Both the position numbers and the translations under genes were made by a program. Positions 26,649-35,660 of a stretch of DNA of 61,706 nt are shown piece by piece. The DNA comes from Candidatus Amesbacteria bacterium GW2011_GWC2_45_19 (GTDB taxonomy: Bacteria; Patescibacteriota; Microgenomatia; CAZETR01; Amesbacteraceae). Positions within the stretch are counted from its first letter, which is position 1, and the number at the start of each line of letters is the position of its first letter. The notes beneath the pieces are model-generated. The model saw only the letters and a list, made by a program, of their open reading frames with translations. It did not search any database and was not told the origin of the DNA. The stretch spans positions 18,360 to 80,065 of the forward strand of contig LCKS01000001.1 in the NCBI GenBank assembly GCA_001001555.1, read 5' to 3'.

Positions 26649-27219
26649 ATTTAAATCCAGATACAGCGGGGATATCGAAGTTCGCCAGGGGTGGGGATAT
26701 AAATATGTGGCCACGGGCAATTTGACTCAAAGCGGGGGAATTGTGGCCGATGTCTGGCGCCCTATTCTTAAAAAGGTTAGTCCTTTTGAGGCTAAGTGGC
26801 TAATTTTGGGGCTAGGGGCTGGCACCGTGGCCAAACTTATTCCCCAACCCGCCCGCATCACCGGCGTAGAAATCGACCCAGTCATGATCAGCATCGGCAG
26901 CCAATATTTCGACCTTGACAAAATTCCCAATCTCAAAATCGTTCGTCGGGATGCTATGAACTATATACCCAAAACTCAAGAAATCTTTGATTTCGTTCTG
27001 GTAGATTTATATCTCGGTGATAAATGCCCTGAATTTTTATACACTCCAAGGTTTCTAAACAAGCTAAGTAAAGTGGGGAAAATAGTAATTTTCAATCATC
27101 TTTTTTACGACGACGTCAAGCGCCACAAAGCCGAAGAGTTGGTAAATAAACTCAAAGCTATTTTTCCAGATATTCACTTGCATAGAGTATTAACCAATCT
27201 GATGATTATCTGTTCGTAA
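26608..27219 (+). CDS. spermidine-synthase-like SAM-dependent methyltransferase-fold protein
   Basis: 203 aa. ILGLGAGTVAKLI...GVEIDP...VDLY pattern. The start is uncertain because it overlaps the ABC gene by 41 nt. Confidence 0.5.
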   Translation: MLGFSTFRPKVISKFKSRYSGDIEVRQGWGYKYVATGNLTQSGGIVADVWRPILKKVSPFEAKWLILGLGAGTVAKLIPQPARITGVEIDPVMISIGSQYFDLDKIPNLKIVRRDAMNYIPKTQEIFDFVLVDLYLGDKCPEFLYTPRFLNKLSKVGKIVIFNHLFYDDVKRHKAEELVNKLKAIFPDIHLHRVLTNLMIICS

Positions 27220-27252
27220 ACAGGTATAATCTTGGAACTAACTCCTGACATT

Positions 27253-27277
27253 CCCCTCTCTTAGATTAAGAGAGGGG
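27253..27277 (+). promoter_or_regulatory. perfect 11-bp hairpin immediately upstream of the secA ribosome-binding region
   Basis: CCCCTCTCTTA-gat-TAAGAGAGGGG, followed by taGGGGTGAgttatt ATG (27293). Confidence 0.5.
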
Positions 27278-27292
27278 TAGGGGTGAGTTATT

Positions 27293-30200
27293 ATGTTTGG
27301 ATTTTTGAATAAATTCCTCGATCTCAACCAAAAAGAAATCGACCGTCTCAATTCCAGAGTTGATCAGGTAAATTCTTTTACCGCCAAATTCAAAAAGCTC
27401 AAGAAAGACGAAGATTTTGCCGCCGAAACCGCTAAATTCAAAAACCGTCTGGCTGACGGCGCTACTCTGGACGAATTACTGCCCGAAGCATTTGCGGTAG
27501 CCAGAGAAGCTTCCGACCGGGCTATCGGCCTGCGTCCATTTGATGTCCAGCTCATGGCTGCCGCTGCTTTCCATCAAGGCCAGATCGCCGAGCAAAAAAC
27601 CGGCGAAGGTAAAACTCTCTCCGCTGTCCCCGCTCTTTATCTCAATTCTCTATCCGGTAAAGGCGCTCACCTGGTTACCGTCAACGATTATCTGGCCCGC
27701 CGCGACGCCGGTTGGAACGGCCCCACTTTTTATTTGCTGGGCCTGTCTGTAGGCATCATTGTTCACGAACAATCTTTTATCTATGATCCTAAATATTCCG
27801 ACCCCACTCATGGGGACGACCGGCTGGCTCACCTGCGCCCCGTCACCCGCCAGGAGGCTTACCGGGCGGATATTACTTACGGTACTAACAATGAATTTGG
27901 TTTCGACTACCTGCGTGACAATATGGTTGGGACGTTGCCGGATATGGTTCAGCGCGGTCATCATTTTGCCATCGTCGATGAGGTGGACTCAATTCTTATT
28001 GACGAAGCCCGCACCCCGCTGATTATTTCTGCCCCCGATACCGAGCCTACCCAGAAATATTATGAATTCGCTAAGCTGGTAGACCGGCTTTCTGCCGATA
28101 CGGATTATGTGATTGATGAAAAACACCGCACGGCGAACCTTAATGAAGCCGGCCTGAGCAAAGTCGAAGGCCTGCTAGGAATTACAAATTTATATGAAAA
28201 AGATTTTGAGACAGTGCATCATCTGGAAAACGCCCTCAAGGCCCGGACCCTATTTTTGCGCGACCGCCATTACGTAGTCCGCGAAAACCAAGTAGTTATC
28301 GTCGATGAATTTACCGGCCGCCTCATGCCCGGCCGCCGCTGGTCGGAGGGCATCCATCAGGCAGTGGAGGCCAAAGAAAATGTCGTTATTCAGCAGGAGT
28401 CCAAGACTCTGGCCACCATTTCTTTCCAGAATTACTTCCGGCTCTACGCCAAATTAGCCGGCATGACCGGTACGGCCGCCACCGAAGCCGAAGAATTCAG
28501 AAAAATTTATAAGCTGGATGTGATTGTCATTCCCACCAACCGCCCCATGATCAGGGCAGACCACGCGGATATTGTTTACAAAACCACCCGGGCCAAATAT
28601 TCGGCTCTGGCCGAGGAAATCGGCCGCCTGCACGCCACCGGCCAGCCGGTATTGGTGGGTACCACTTCTATTGAGAAAAACGAAATCGTGGCCGAGCTTC
28701 TTAAGAAAAAAGGGGTGCCCCACGAAATTCTCAATGCCAAAAATCATGAGCGGGAAGCCCAAATCATTGCTGAAGCCGGTCGTAAAGAGGCCGTGGTTAT
28801 CGCCACCAATATTGCCGGCCGCGGAGTAGATATTATCTTAGGCGGCAGACCGCCGGAATCTCAAAATAAAAAAGCTCTGGCTAAATGGCAAAAAGATCAC
28901 GATGAAGTAGTCAAGTTAGGGGGCCTGCACGTCATTGGCACCGAGCGCCATGAATCCCGGCGTATCGATAACCAATTGCGCGGCCGTTCCGGCCGCCAGG
29001 GCGACCCCGGCTCCACCCGTTTCTATCTGGCTTTGGATGATGACATCATGCGTATTTTTGGCGGCGAACAGGTGGCCAAAGTTATGACTATGCTCAAAAT
29101 TCCCGAGGATGAACCTATTGAGCACGGTATGGTCAGCCGCTCCATTGAACAGGCCCAAATTAAGGTCGAAGGCTTCAATTTTGATGCCAGAAAGCACGTG
29201 GTGGAATACGACGACGTCATGAACAAACAGCGCGAGATCGTCTATGGCCTGCGCAAGCGCGTTCTTTCCGGAGCCATCTCGGAATCTGAAATTATTTCTA
29301 ATATCCAATCTTTATTATCTAATATCGTCAAGTCTTACGCTCCCCGCGGTATCGTCGAGTCAGAAGTCCTGCCCATTGTTTCTGCCTTAGTTGAAATTGT
29401 CCCCTTTGACGATGATTCTCAAAAGGCCATCTCTCAACAGTTTAAACAGTCGGTGGTAGCAGAAGAAATCATCACTTCAATTAATCAAATTATTGCCGAC
29501 GCCGTCACCCAGCGTAAATCCCAAGTGGGCGAAGAAGTCTGGAAGGAAATTATTAAGTACGCCTATCTCTCGTCCATCGATAATTTGTGGATTGATCATT
29601 TAGATGCGGTTGACGATATGCGCGAAGGCATAGGGCTTCGCGGCTACGGCCAGCGCGATCCACTGGTAGAGTACAAAGGTGAGGCTTTTTCTATGTTCGA
29701 GCGCCTCATGGCCCAAATCGACTCCGAATTTGCCAAGCGCCTCTTCAGAATTCAGGTTGGAACTCAACCGGCCTCTACCCCTATCCCCACTACCAATCTC
29801 ACTACCCACCACCCACAACCATCAACCCCGTCTTCAGACAACAATGACTTTCTCACCGCCATGCAATCTTTGCAGAAAACCAGTGCTGAAAACGAGCACA
29901 AAAAGCTCGGCCGCAACGATCCCTGTTGGTGCAAAAGCGGCAAAAAATATAAGATTTCTAGCCTGGCAATTGCGAAAGGGGAGAGGATTCCCGCCAAGTA
30001 CACTTGTGACGGGGACAACGTCAATCCGCCCCTGGAAATTTCCGGCGTACCTGCCACGGCCCAAAGCCTGGTTTTGACCGTTGACGATCCCGACGCCCCC
30101 GCCGGTATCTGGAACCACTGGCTGATGTGGAACATTGATTCTCAAACTACTCACATCGCCGAAGATTCAGTTCCCGGCGGGGCTGTGGTGGGAGTCAATG

Positions 30201-30391
30201 ATTTTGGAACTAATAACTACGGCGGTCCCTGCCCGCCCTCCGGAACCCACCGCTACTTCTTCAAAATTTTCGCCCTGGACACGATACTTAATCTGCCCTC
30301 TTCCTGTAAACGCGGCGATCTAGACGCCGCTCTTTCTGGCCATATAATTGACAAAAGTGAGTTGATGGGTAAATATTCTCGCAGTGACTGA
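27293..30391 (+). CDS. secA: preprotein translocase ATPase SecA with a C-terminal PEBP/YbhB-family domain fused in frame
   Basis: 1032 aa. DEAD motor (MAAAAFHQGQIAEQKTGEGKT, DEVDSILIDEARTPLIIS), and HWD/HSD domains. The C-terminal Zn-finger start GRNDPCWCKSGKKYK then reads straight into ISSLAIAKGERIPAKYTCDGDNVNPPL...DDPDAP...GTHRYFFK. Confidence 0.9.
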   Translation: MFGFLNKFLDLNQKEIDRLNSRVDQVNSFTAKFKKLKKDEDFAAETAKFKNRLADGATLDELLPEAFAVAREASDRAIGLRPFDVQLMAAAAFHQGQIAEQKTGEGKTLSAVPALYLNSLSGKGAHLVTVNDYLARRDAGWNGPTFYLLGLSVGIIVHEQSFIYDPKYSDPTHGDDRLAHLRPVTRQEAYRADITYGTNNEFGFDYLRDNMVGTLPDMVQRGHHFAIVDEVDSILIDEARTPLIISAPDTEPTQKYYEFAKLVDRLSADTDYVIDEKHRTANLNEAGLSKVEGLLGITNLYEKDFETVHHLENALKARTLFLRDRHYVVRENQVVIVDEFTGRLMPGRRWSEGIHQAVEAKENVVIQQESKTLATISFQNYFRLYAKLAGMTGTAATEAEEFRKIYKLDVIVIPTNRPMIRADHADIVYKTTRAKYSALAEEIGRLHATGQPVLVGTTSIEKNEIVAELLKKKGVPHEILNAKNHEREAQIIAEAGRKEAVVIATNIAGRGVDIILGGRPPESQNKKALAKWQKDHDEVVKLGGLHVIGTERHESRRIDNQLRGRSGRQGDPGSTRFYLALDDDIMRIFGGEQVAKVMTMLKIPEDEPIEHGMVSRSIEQAQIKVEGFNFDARKHVVEYDDVMNKQREIVYGLRKRVLSGAISESEIISNIQSLLSNIVKSYAPRGIVESEVLPIVSALVEIVPFDDDSQKAISQQFKQSVVAEEIITSINQIIADAVTQRKSQVGEEVWKEIIKYAYLSSIDNLWIDHLDAVDDMREGIGLRGYGQRDPLVEYKGEAFSMFERLMAQIDSEFAKRLFRIQVGTQPASTPIPTTNLTTHHPQPSTPSSDNNDFLTAMQSLQKTSAENEHKKLGRNDPCWCKSGKKYKISSLAIAKGERIPAKYTCDGDNVNPPLEISGVPATAQSLVLTVDDPDAPAGIWNHWLMWNIDSQTTHIAEDSVPGGAVVGVNDFGTNNYGGPCPPSGTHRYFFKIFALDTILNLPSSCKRGDLDAALSGHIIDKSELMGKYSRSD
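29953..30391 (+). other. PEBP (YbhB/YbcL, Raf-kinase-inhibitor-like) domain portion of the SecA ORF
   Basis: IPAKYTCDGDNVNPPL, LTVDDPDAPAG, WNHWLMWNI and PPSGTHRYFFKIFAL are the conserved PEBP motifs. The domain is nearly full length. Confidence 0.75.
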
Positions 30392-31505
30392 ACCACTGGC
30401 CTCCCGTATCCGTCCCAAAACTTTGGCTGAATTTATCGGCCAGCCGCATTTAGTTGGCTCTGATAAACCTCTGCGCGTGGCTATCGAAAATCAGCACCGC
30501 TTCAGTTTTATTCTCTGGGGTCCGCCTGGCTGCGGAAAAACCACTCTGGCCCGTATTTACGCCGCCGCTCTCAACGCTCCACTGGTAGAAATTTCCGCCG
30601 TCTCGGCCGGCAAAGACGATATGCGCCGGGCTGTAGCTCACCCCGGCACGGTTCTTCTCATTGATGAAATCCACCGCTTCAACAAAGCCCAGCAGGATTA
30701 CTTATTGCCATACGTAGAAGATGGGACAATTTTACTCGTCGGCGCCACCACCGAAAATCCCAGTTTTGAAATCATCTCCCCCCTATTGTCTCGTTGTAGA
30801 GTTTTTGTACTCAATGAATTGTCCGAAATAGAAATGAGTAAAATTATTGATCGAACTAAAATAAAGATCGATAAAGAAGCCAAAGATTGGTTAATAGCAA
30901 TGGCCAATGGCGACGCCCGCCAAGCCCTAACCATGATCGAAAACACTCAAGGATTGTATAAAAAAATTACCGTCACCAATCTCAAAAACGCTCTTCAATC
31001 CAAACACCTGCGTTACGATAAGCTTGGCGAAGAGCACTACAATATTATTTCGGCCTTTATCAAAAGCATGCGGGCCGGCAACCCCGACGCCGCACTATAT
31101 TATTTGGCCCGCATGGTAGATTCCGGAGAGGATCCATTATTTATTGCCCGGCGGATGGTAGTTTTTGCGTCGGAAGACGTAGCCTCGCCCACGGCTCTGG
31201 TAGTGGCCAACGCCGTCTTCCGGGCTTGCGAGACCGTGGGCTATCCGGAGTGCCAGGAAAATCTAGCCGCCGGAGCCGTTTACTTAAGCCAAGCCAAAAA
31301 AGACCGCTCCGCTTACACCGCCTACATGGCTGCCCTGGCCGATGTCAAGCAATACGGTAATCTCCCCATTCCTCTCAAGCTCCGCAACGCCCCGACAAAA
31401 TTAATGAAAGACTTAAATTATGGAAAAGATTATCAGATGTACAAAGATCCTGATCTCCTGCCAGAAGAATTAAAAGGCAAAAAATATTATGAAACTAAAT
31501 CTTGA
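30384..31505 (+). CDS. rarA: replication-associated recombination protein A (AAA+ ATPase)
   Basis: 373 aa. GTG start overlapping the secA stop. LRPKTLAEFIGQPHL, GPPGCGKTT, DEIHRFNKAQQD, and the MgsA C-terminal domain. Confidence 0.85.
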   Translation: MTEPLASRIRPKTLAEFIGQPHLVGSDKPLRVAIENQHRFSFILWGPPGCGKTTLARIYAAALNAPLVEISAVSAGKDDMRRAVAHPGTVLLIDEIHRFNKAQQDYLLPYVEDGTILLVGATTENPSFEIISPLLSRCRVFVLNELSEIEMSKIIDRTKIKIDKEAKDWLIAMANGDARQALTMIENTQGLYKKITVTNLKNALQSKHLRYDKLGEEHYNIISAFIKSMRAGNPDAALYYLARMVDSGEDPLFIARRMVVFASEDVASPTALVVANAVFRACETVGYPECQENLAAGAVYLSQAKKDRSAYTAYMAALADVKQYGNLPIPLKLRNAPTKLMKDLNYGKDYQMYKDPDLLPEELKGKKYYETKS

Positions 31506-31511
31506 CAAAAA

Positions 31512-31528
31512 TTAACAAACATTGTTAA
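31512..31528. promoter_or_regulatory. candidate toxin-antitoxin operator palindrome
   Basis: TTAACAA-aca-TTGTTAA lies between TTGACA (31502-31507) and the antitoxin ATG (31540). Confidence 0.45.
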
Positions 31529-31539
31529 ATATTCACAAT

Positions 31540-31809
31540 ATGGCTACTTTAACCATCTCCTTACCGTCTCAATTCATCACTCGAATTGACGCCGAGATTA
31601 AAAGTCAGGGCGCTACCCGCTCGGAATTTTTTCGCGCCTTGCTAAGAAAGTATTTTTCCAATGAAATTAAATTTGAGCCTTTTACACCGAGACCGTTGGA
31701 TGAAATGAAGGTTGGGATGTTGAAAACTGGTAAGTACAATAAAAAATTCGTAGATAGTGTGATTAAGGGTCTATCAAGATCCTCCTTTTATGCGAATAAA
31801 TCCGCTTGA
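31540..31809 (+). CDS. ribbon-helix-helix (CopG-family) antitoxin
   Basis: Start moved to MATLTISLPSQFITRIDAEIKSQGATRSEFFRALLRKY, the RHH signature. Confidence 0.7.
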   Translation: MATLTISLPSQFITRIDAEIKSQGATRSEFFRALLRKYFSNEIKFEPFTPRPLDEMKVGMLKTGKYNKKFVDSVIKGLSRSSFYANKSA

Positions 31810-32038
31810 TCCTGAATTTAATAAGTATTTATCGAAACACAATCTTTCAAAGAAGTTTAATAAACAACTCAATTTGTTTTTAAACAATCCCAACCATCCT
31901 TCTTTGAATACAGAAAGGCTAGAACCAAAACAATATAAGCTTTATTCTTTTCGTATAGACCGTAAATACCGAGTTGTGTTTTTATTTTCCGAACCAGATT
32001 TGATTGAAGTAGTCGAAATCAACGATCACTACCGATGA
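31790..32038 (+). CDS. RelE/ParE-superfamily type II toxin
   Basis: 82 aa. Overlaps the antitoxin by 20 nt. Carries ..HPSLNTERLEP..YKLYSFRIDRKYRVVFLFSEPDLIEVVEINDHY. Confidence 0.65.
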   Translation: MRINPLDPEFNKYLSKHNLSKKFNKQLNLFLNNPNHPSLNTERLEPKQYKLYSFRIDRKYRVVFLFSEPDLIEVVEINDHYR

Positions 32039-32161
32039 CGTCAGAAGAATTGATTGGTACAATTGTGTCACGATCGTGGATTTGTTAAAAATTTAATTCT
32101 TGAAACTTGAAATCGGAGATAACTCAAAATATACTAGGGACATGTTAGGAAGTGATAAATA

Positions 32162-32650
32162 ATGAAGTTAACTAAAATCGATTTTTCTAAGTTTAGTTAT
32201 CCTCTAAAAGTCCTGCTCGAAGGGAATACTGACACCTGGTATTCTCTGCTATCGGTTATCGAGGATCTGACGCCGCAACAGCTCGTTTATAAACATCCCA
32301 ACTACGCACAACGCTGTATTGCGGAGATGATTAACCACGCCCTGGATACTCAGTACGGCTTTTATACCCAAAACTTAGTGCTGGGGCAATCTTATCAGCC
32401 ACTATACGCGGATTTGCCCGGGACAGTAACTGAGGCCCAGAAACGAATTGCCGAAACGTTTGCCAAGACTGTCGAGGTGTGGAAGAGTTTGCAACCCAAG
32501 GACTTCATCAAAGAAATCAAAACCGAGTGGGGTCAAACTTTAGCCGGCGAGCTGGCTTTGTTTCAGTCGATTACCCACACCCACTATCATGTGAGTGAAG
32601 TTTGTTTTCTAAGAGGCTTGGGGGGTTTCCCAACCAAAGTAATGGGCTGA
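32162..32650 (+). CDS. DinB-family (DinB_2) four-helix-bundle metalloprotein
   Basis: 162 aa. INHALDT and HTHYHVSE His triad pattern. Confidence 0.55.
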   Translation: MKLTKIDFSKFSYPLKVLLEGNTDTWYSLLSVIEDLTPQQLVYKHPNYAQRCIAEMINHALDTQYGFYTQNLVLGQSYQPLYADLPGTVTEAQKRIAETFAKTVEVWKSLQPKDFIKEIKTEWGQTLAGELALFQSITHTHYHVSEVCFLRGLGGFPTKVMG

Positions 32651-32655
32651 CACTT

Positions 32656-33636
32656 ATGACTAACGCAAAGCGTTTGCATCGGGTAATAAGGGAAAAAATT
32701 GTTCCCACCACCCCATTTAACTTTGACGCCACTTTTCATAAACCGGCGCATTTTTCTTCGGGGGACAATTTTTGGGAACCTGGTATTAGGTGGCAGACCT
32801 TTCGTTGGGCCAAACAAGATTTGGGGGTCATTTTTAAAAGTATCGGGACGGTAAAACAACCCAAAATAGCCATCAGAATTTATAGTCAGGAAAAACTAAC
32901 CGCGGATTTTGTTAATAATTTTGTTAAAGAGATAGTCTATCGTTACCATCTGGATTTAGATTTAACCCCATTCTACAAAGAGTTTTCCGAAGATAAAGTC
33001 TTAGGTCCAGTGATTAGAAAAATGAATGGAATGCGGCCGGGTCACCAAGACTCGCTTTATGAATATTTAATTATCGGTATTGTTCTTCAAAACTGTACTG
33101 TTCGCCGATCAATCCAAATGATGCAGGTTTTATTTGAGAAATGTGGCACGCTTTTGGAGTTTGCTGGTCAAAAACTGTGGTGTTTTTGGGAACCGGGAAG
33201 ACTAAAGACTGTCACGGAAGAAGAACTAAGAGCTCTAAAAGTTGGCTATCGGGCTAAGTTTATCAAGAAAATCGACGAGCAATTTGCCAATGGACTTATC
33301 GACGAATTCGAGTTGAGGAAAAAAGATTTACAAACTCAAAGAAGTGAACTTCTAAAACTTTATGGGATCGGTCCGGCCACGGTTTGGTATTTATTATTTG
33401 ACGTCTTTCACCATTGGGACTTTTTTGATCATGTCTCTCCTTGGGAGCAAAAGATTTATTCTAAAGTTTTCTTTGATAAAGATCCGGAGAATCCCGTCCC
33501 GGTAGAAAAACTACTCAAACACTTTGAAAAGTTTGGCAAATACAAACAACTGGCCGTGCACTATATTTGGGAAGACTTATGGTGGAAACGAAAAAATGAA
33601 AATATCCCTTGGTTAGAAAAACTAATCAGGGTATAA
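32656..33636 (+). CDS. HhH-GPD-superfamily DNA glycosylase-like protein (AlkA/Ogg-like)
   Basis: Start moved to MTNAKRLH. Helix-hairpin-helix LKLYGIGPATVWYLLFDVF. Confidence 0.5.
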   Translation: MTNAKRLHRVIREKIVPTTPFNFDATFHKPAHFSSGDNFWEPGIRWQTFRWAKQDLGVIFKSIGTVKQPKIAIRIYSQEKLTADFVNNFVKEIVYRYHLDLDLTPFYKEFSEDKVLGPVIRKMNGMRPGHQDSLYEYLIIGIVLQNCTVRRSIQMMQVLFEKCGTLLEFAGQKLWCFWEPGRLKTVTEEELRALKVGYRAKFIKKIDEQFANGLIDEFELRKKDLQTQRSELLKLYGIGPATVWYLLFDVFHHWDFFDHVSPWEQKIYSKVFFDKDPENPVPVEKLLKHFEKFGKYKQLAVHYIWEDLWWKRKNENIPWLEKLIRV

Positions 33637-33637
33637 T

Positions 33638-34111
33638 TTGAATATGGATCTAAATAAATTAAAGGAATTTGTAGATAAAGCGGCAGCAGCAACATACGCT
33701 GGAGGCGGGAAAGAAGAAGAAAATCCCCCAAGACCGGGATTTAAAGAGTTAGTATACATAGATGGAGACTGGAATTACCGAGACAGTTATATCGGTTTTA
33801 CGCGTTCGCGCGGAATGGAAGTGGTGCGGTACAAGGGGACACCAGTTTGGTCCACATCCTATGGCGGCGGCATGATCAAAGACAAAGAAAATTTAGCCAA
33901 ACAAACGTTTGATTTTTTGAAAAAGGCTATGCAGGCCAAAGACCCAAATATTTTTTCAGCCCGTGGTCAATCAGATTTTAGAGAAGATAAATATGAATAT
34001 AAATATTCCCAGGATGGGAATATAGAAGAATTTAATGGATATGAAGAAATTTATTATCAAGGCGAATTGGTCTTTTTCCACAGAATTATTGGCGGAGTCA
34101 TAAATTATTAA
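33638..34111 (+). CDS. DUF5680-like protein
   Basis: 157 aa. AATYAGGG...YIDGDWNYRDSYIG...PVWSTSYGGG matches my recollection of DUF5680. The true start may be the ATG at 33644. Confidence 0.4.
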   Translation: MNMDLNKLKEFVDKAAAATYAGGGKEEENPPRPGFKELVYIDGDWNYRDSYIGFTRSRGMEVVRYKGTPVWSTSYGGGMIKDKENLAKQTFDFLKKAMQAKDPNIFSARGQSDFREDKYEYKYSQDGNIEEFNGYEEIYYQGELVFFHRIIGGVINY

Positions 34112-34113
34112 TT

Positions 34114-34593
34114 ATGGATAAAAAGCTGCGGCAGGCGACAATATGTTTACTAAGAAAAAATGACGAAGTTTTATTAGCTATGAAAAAGCGGGGATTTGGA
34201 GTAGGGAAATGGAATGGAGTGGGTGGAAAAGTTAAAGAAGGGGAAACCGTTGAGCAAGCCGCTATTCGTGAAACTCAAGAGGAAATTGGAGTGACCCCGG
34301 TTGCAATAGAACAAGTAGCGGTGTTAGATTTTCGTTTTCCAGATGTTCCGGCTGAAAAAAACTGGGATCAGCAAGTCGTAGTGTTTATATGTAACGAATG
34401 GACAGGCGAATTTGCGGAATCTGAAGAAATGTTACCCAAGTGGTTCAAAATATCAGAAATTCCGTATGACCAAATGTGGTCCGATGATGTTTTCTGGATG
34501 CCCAAAGTTTTTTCCGGCCAAAAAGTTAAAGCCGAATTTATTTTTTCTGGGGAGGGGAAGTTGAAGGAGCATAAATTTAAGGAGCTTGTTTAA
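34114..34593 (+). CDS. NUDIX hydrolase (MutT-like)
   Basis: 159 aa. Nudix box GGKVKEGETVEQAAIRETQEEIGV. Confidence 0.85.
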   Translation: MDKKLRQATICLLRKNDEVLLAMKKRGFGVGKWNGVGGKVKEGETVEQAAIRETQEEIGVTPVAIEQVAVLDFRFPDVPAEKNWDQQVVVFICNEWTGEFAESEEMLPKWFKISEIPYDQMWSDDVFWMPKVFSGQKVKAEFIFSGEGKLKEHKFKELV

Positions 34594-34618
34594 AATAGTT
34601 AAAAGTGGTAAAAAATAG

Positions 34619-35050
34619 ATGATGGATCAGAGAGTTTTGGATTTATTAGCTAAAGAGAGAGTCAGCCTGCTGGCGGTTTGCCTGCCGGATGGAACTTGTC
34701 ACTCCGCTGCCATGCACTTCTCCCATATTTCCGATCCGCCGACAATTTATATCCAGACCGAAAATACCAGCAAAAAAATGCAGGGACTAAAAAACGGCCA
34801 GCCAATAGCCGCGTCTGTCGTCGTCGGTTTTAATGAACAGGAGATGAAAACCTTGCAAATGGATGGTCAAATTCAGCTTGTTACTGACGTCTCTAAACTG
34901 CCCGCTATCCACCAAATTCACTATGCTAAGCACCCCCACGCCGAGAAATACAAAAATGACCCCGGCACTGTCTTTTTAGCTTTCACTCCCACCTGGTACC
35001 GCTACACCGACTACAAAACTGATCCCGCAACGTATGTTTACTCTTCCTGA
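34619..35050 (+). CDS. pyridoxamine 5'-phosphate oxidase-family (split-barrel FMN-binding) protein
   Basis: 143 aa. Its size and pattern are typical of the PNPOx-like general stress protein fold. Confidence 0.45.
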   Translation: MMDQRVLDLLAKERVSLLAVCLPDGTCHSAAMHFSHISDPPTIYIQTENTSKKMQGLKNGQPIAASVVVGFNEQEMKTLQMDGQIQLVTDVSKLPAIHQIHYAKHPHAEKYKNDPGTVFLAFTPTWYRYTDYKTDPATYVYSS

Positions 35051-35603
35051 TTTGCCATATCCTACCAATGCCTTGGAGCCGTTTATCGACACCCAAACCA
35101 TGGAAATTCATCATGGCAAGCACCATGCCGCCTATGCCAAAAACTTAAATGACGCCCTCCCGGACAAAACTGAAGTTGATCTAGAACAAATTCTCCGCAC
35201 TACCGATAATCCTAAAGTCAGAAATAATGGGGGAGGGCATTACAACCACTCCCTTTTTTGGCAAATCATGTGTCCTGCGACCAAATCCGGCCAGCCGGAA
35301 GGCAAATTAATAGAATTACTAAATTCAACTTTTAGCGATCTGCCTACTTTCAAAGAGAAATTCGGCAGCATCGCTCTCGGCCGTTTTGGCAGCGGTTGGG
35401 CGTGGTTGACCGTTAAGGGGGGTCAACTGACTCTCGAAGATACGCCCAACCAAGATTTACCGTCAGGCACACCCATTTTGGGCCTGGACGTTTGGGAGCA
35501 TGCTTATTACCTCAAATATCAGAACCGCCGCGCCGATTACATCGCCGCCTGGTGGAATGTGGTCAATTGGCCAGAAGTTTCGCGCCGTCTAGCTTCAAAC
35601 TGA
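35034..35603 (+). CDS. Fe/Mn-family superoxide dismutase
   Basis: 189 aa. [22 protein letters not shown], and DVWEHAYYL. Confidence 0.9.
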   Translation: MFTLPDLPYPTNALEPFIDTQTMEIHHGKHHAAYAKNLNDALPDKTEVDLEQILRTTDNPKVRNNGGGHYNHSLFWQIMCPATKSGQPEGKLIELLNSTFSDLPTFKEKFGSIALGRFGSGWAWLTVKGGQLTLEDTPNQDLPSGTPILGLDVWEHAYYLKYQNRRADYIAAWWNVVNWPEVSRRLASN

Positions 35604-35660
35604 TAGTATCTTATCGTTTTGTGTCTTTTCTTATCGGATATTATCGTATATTATCATTTT

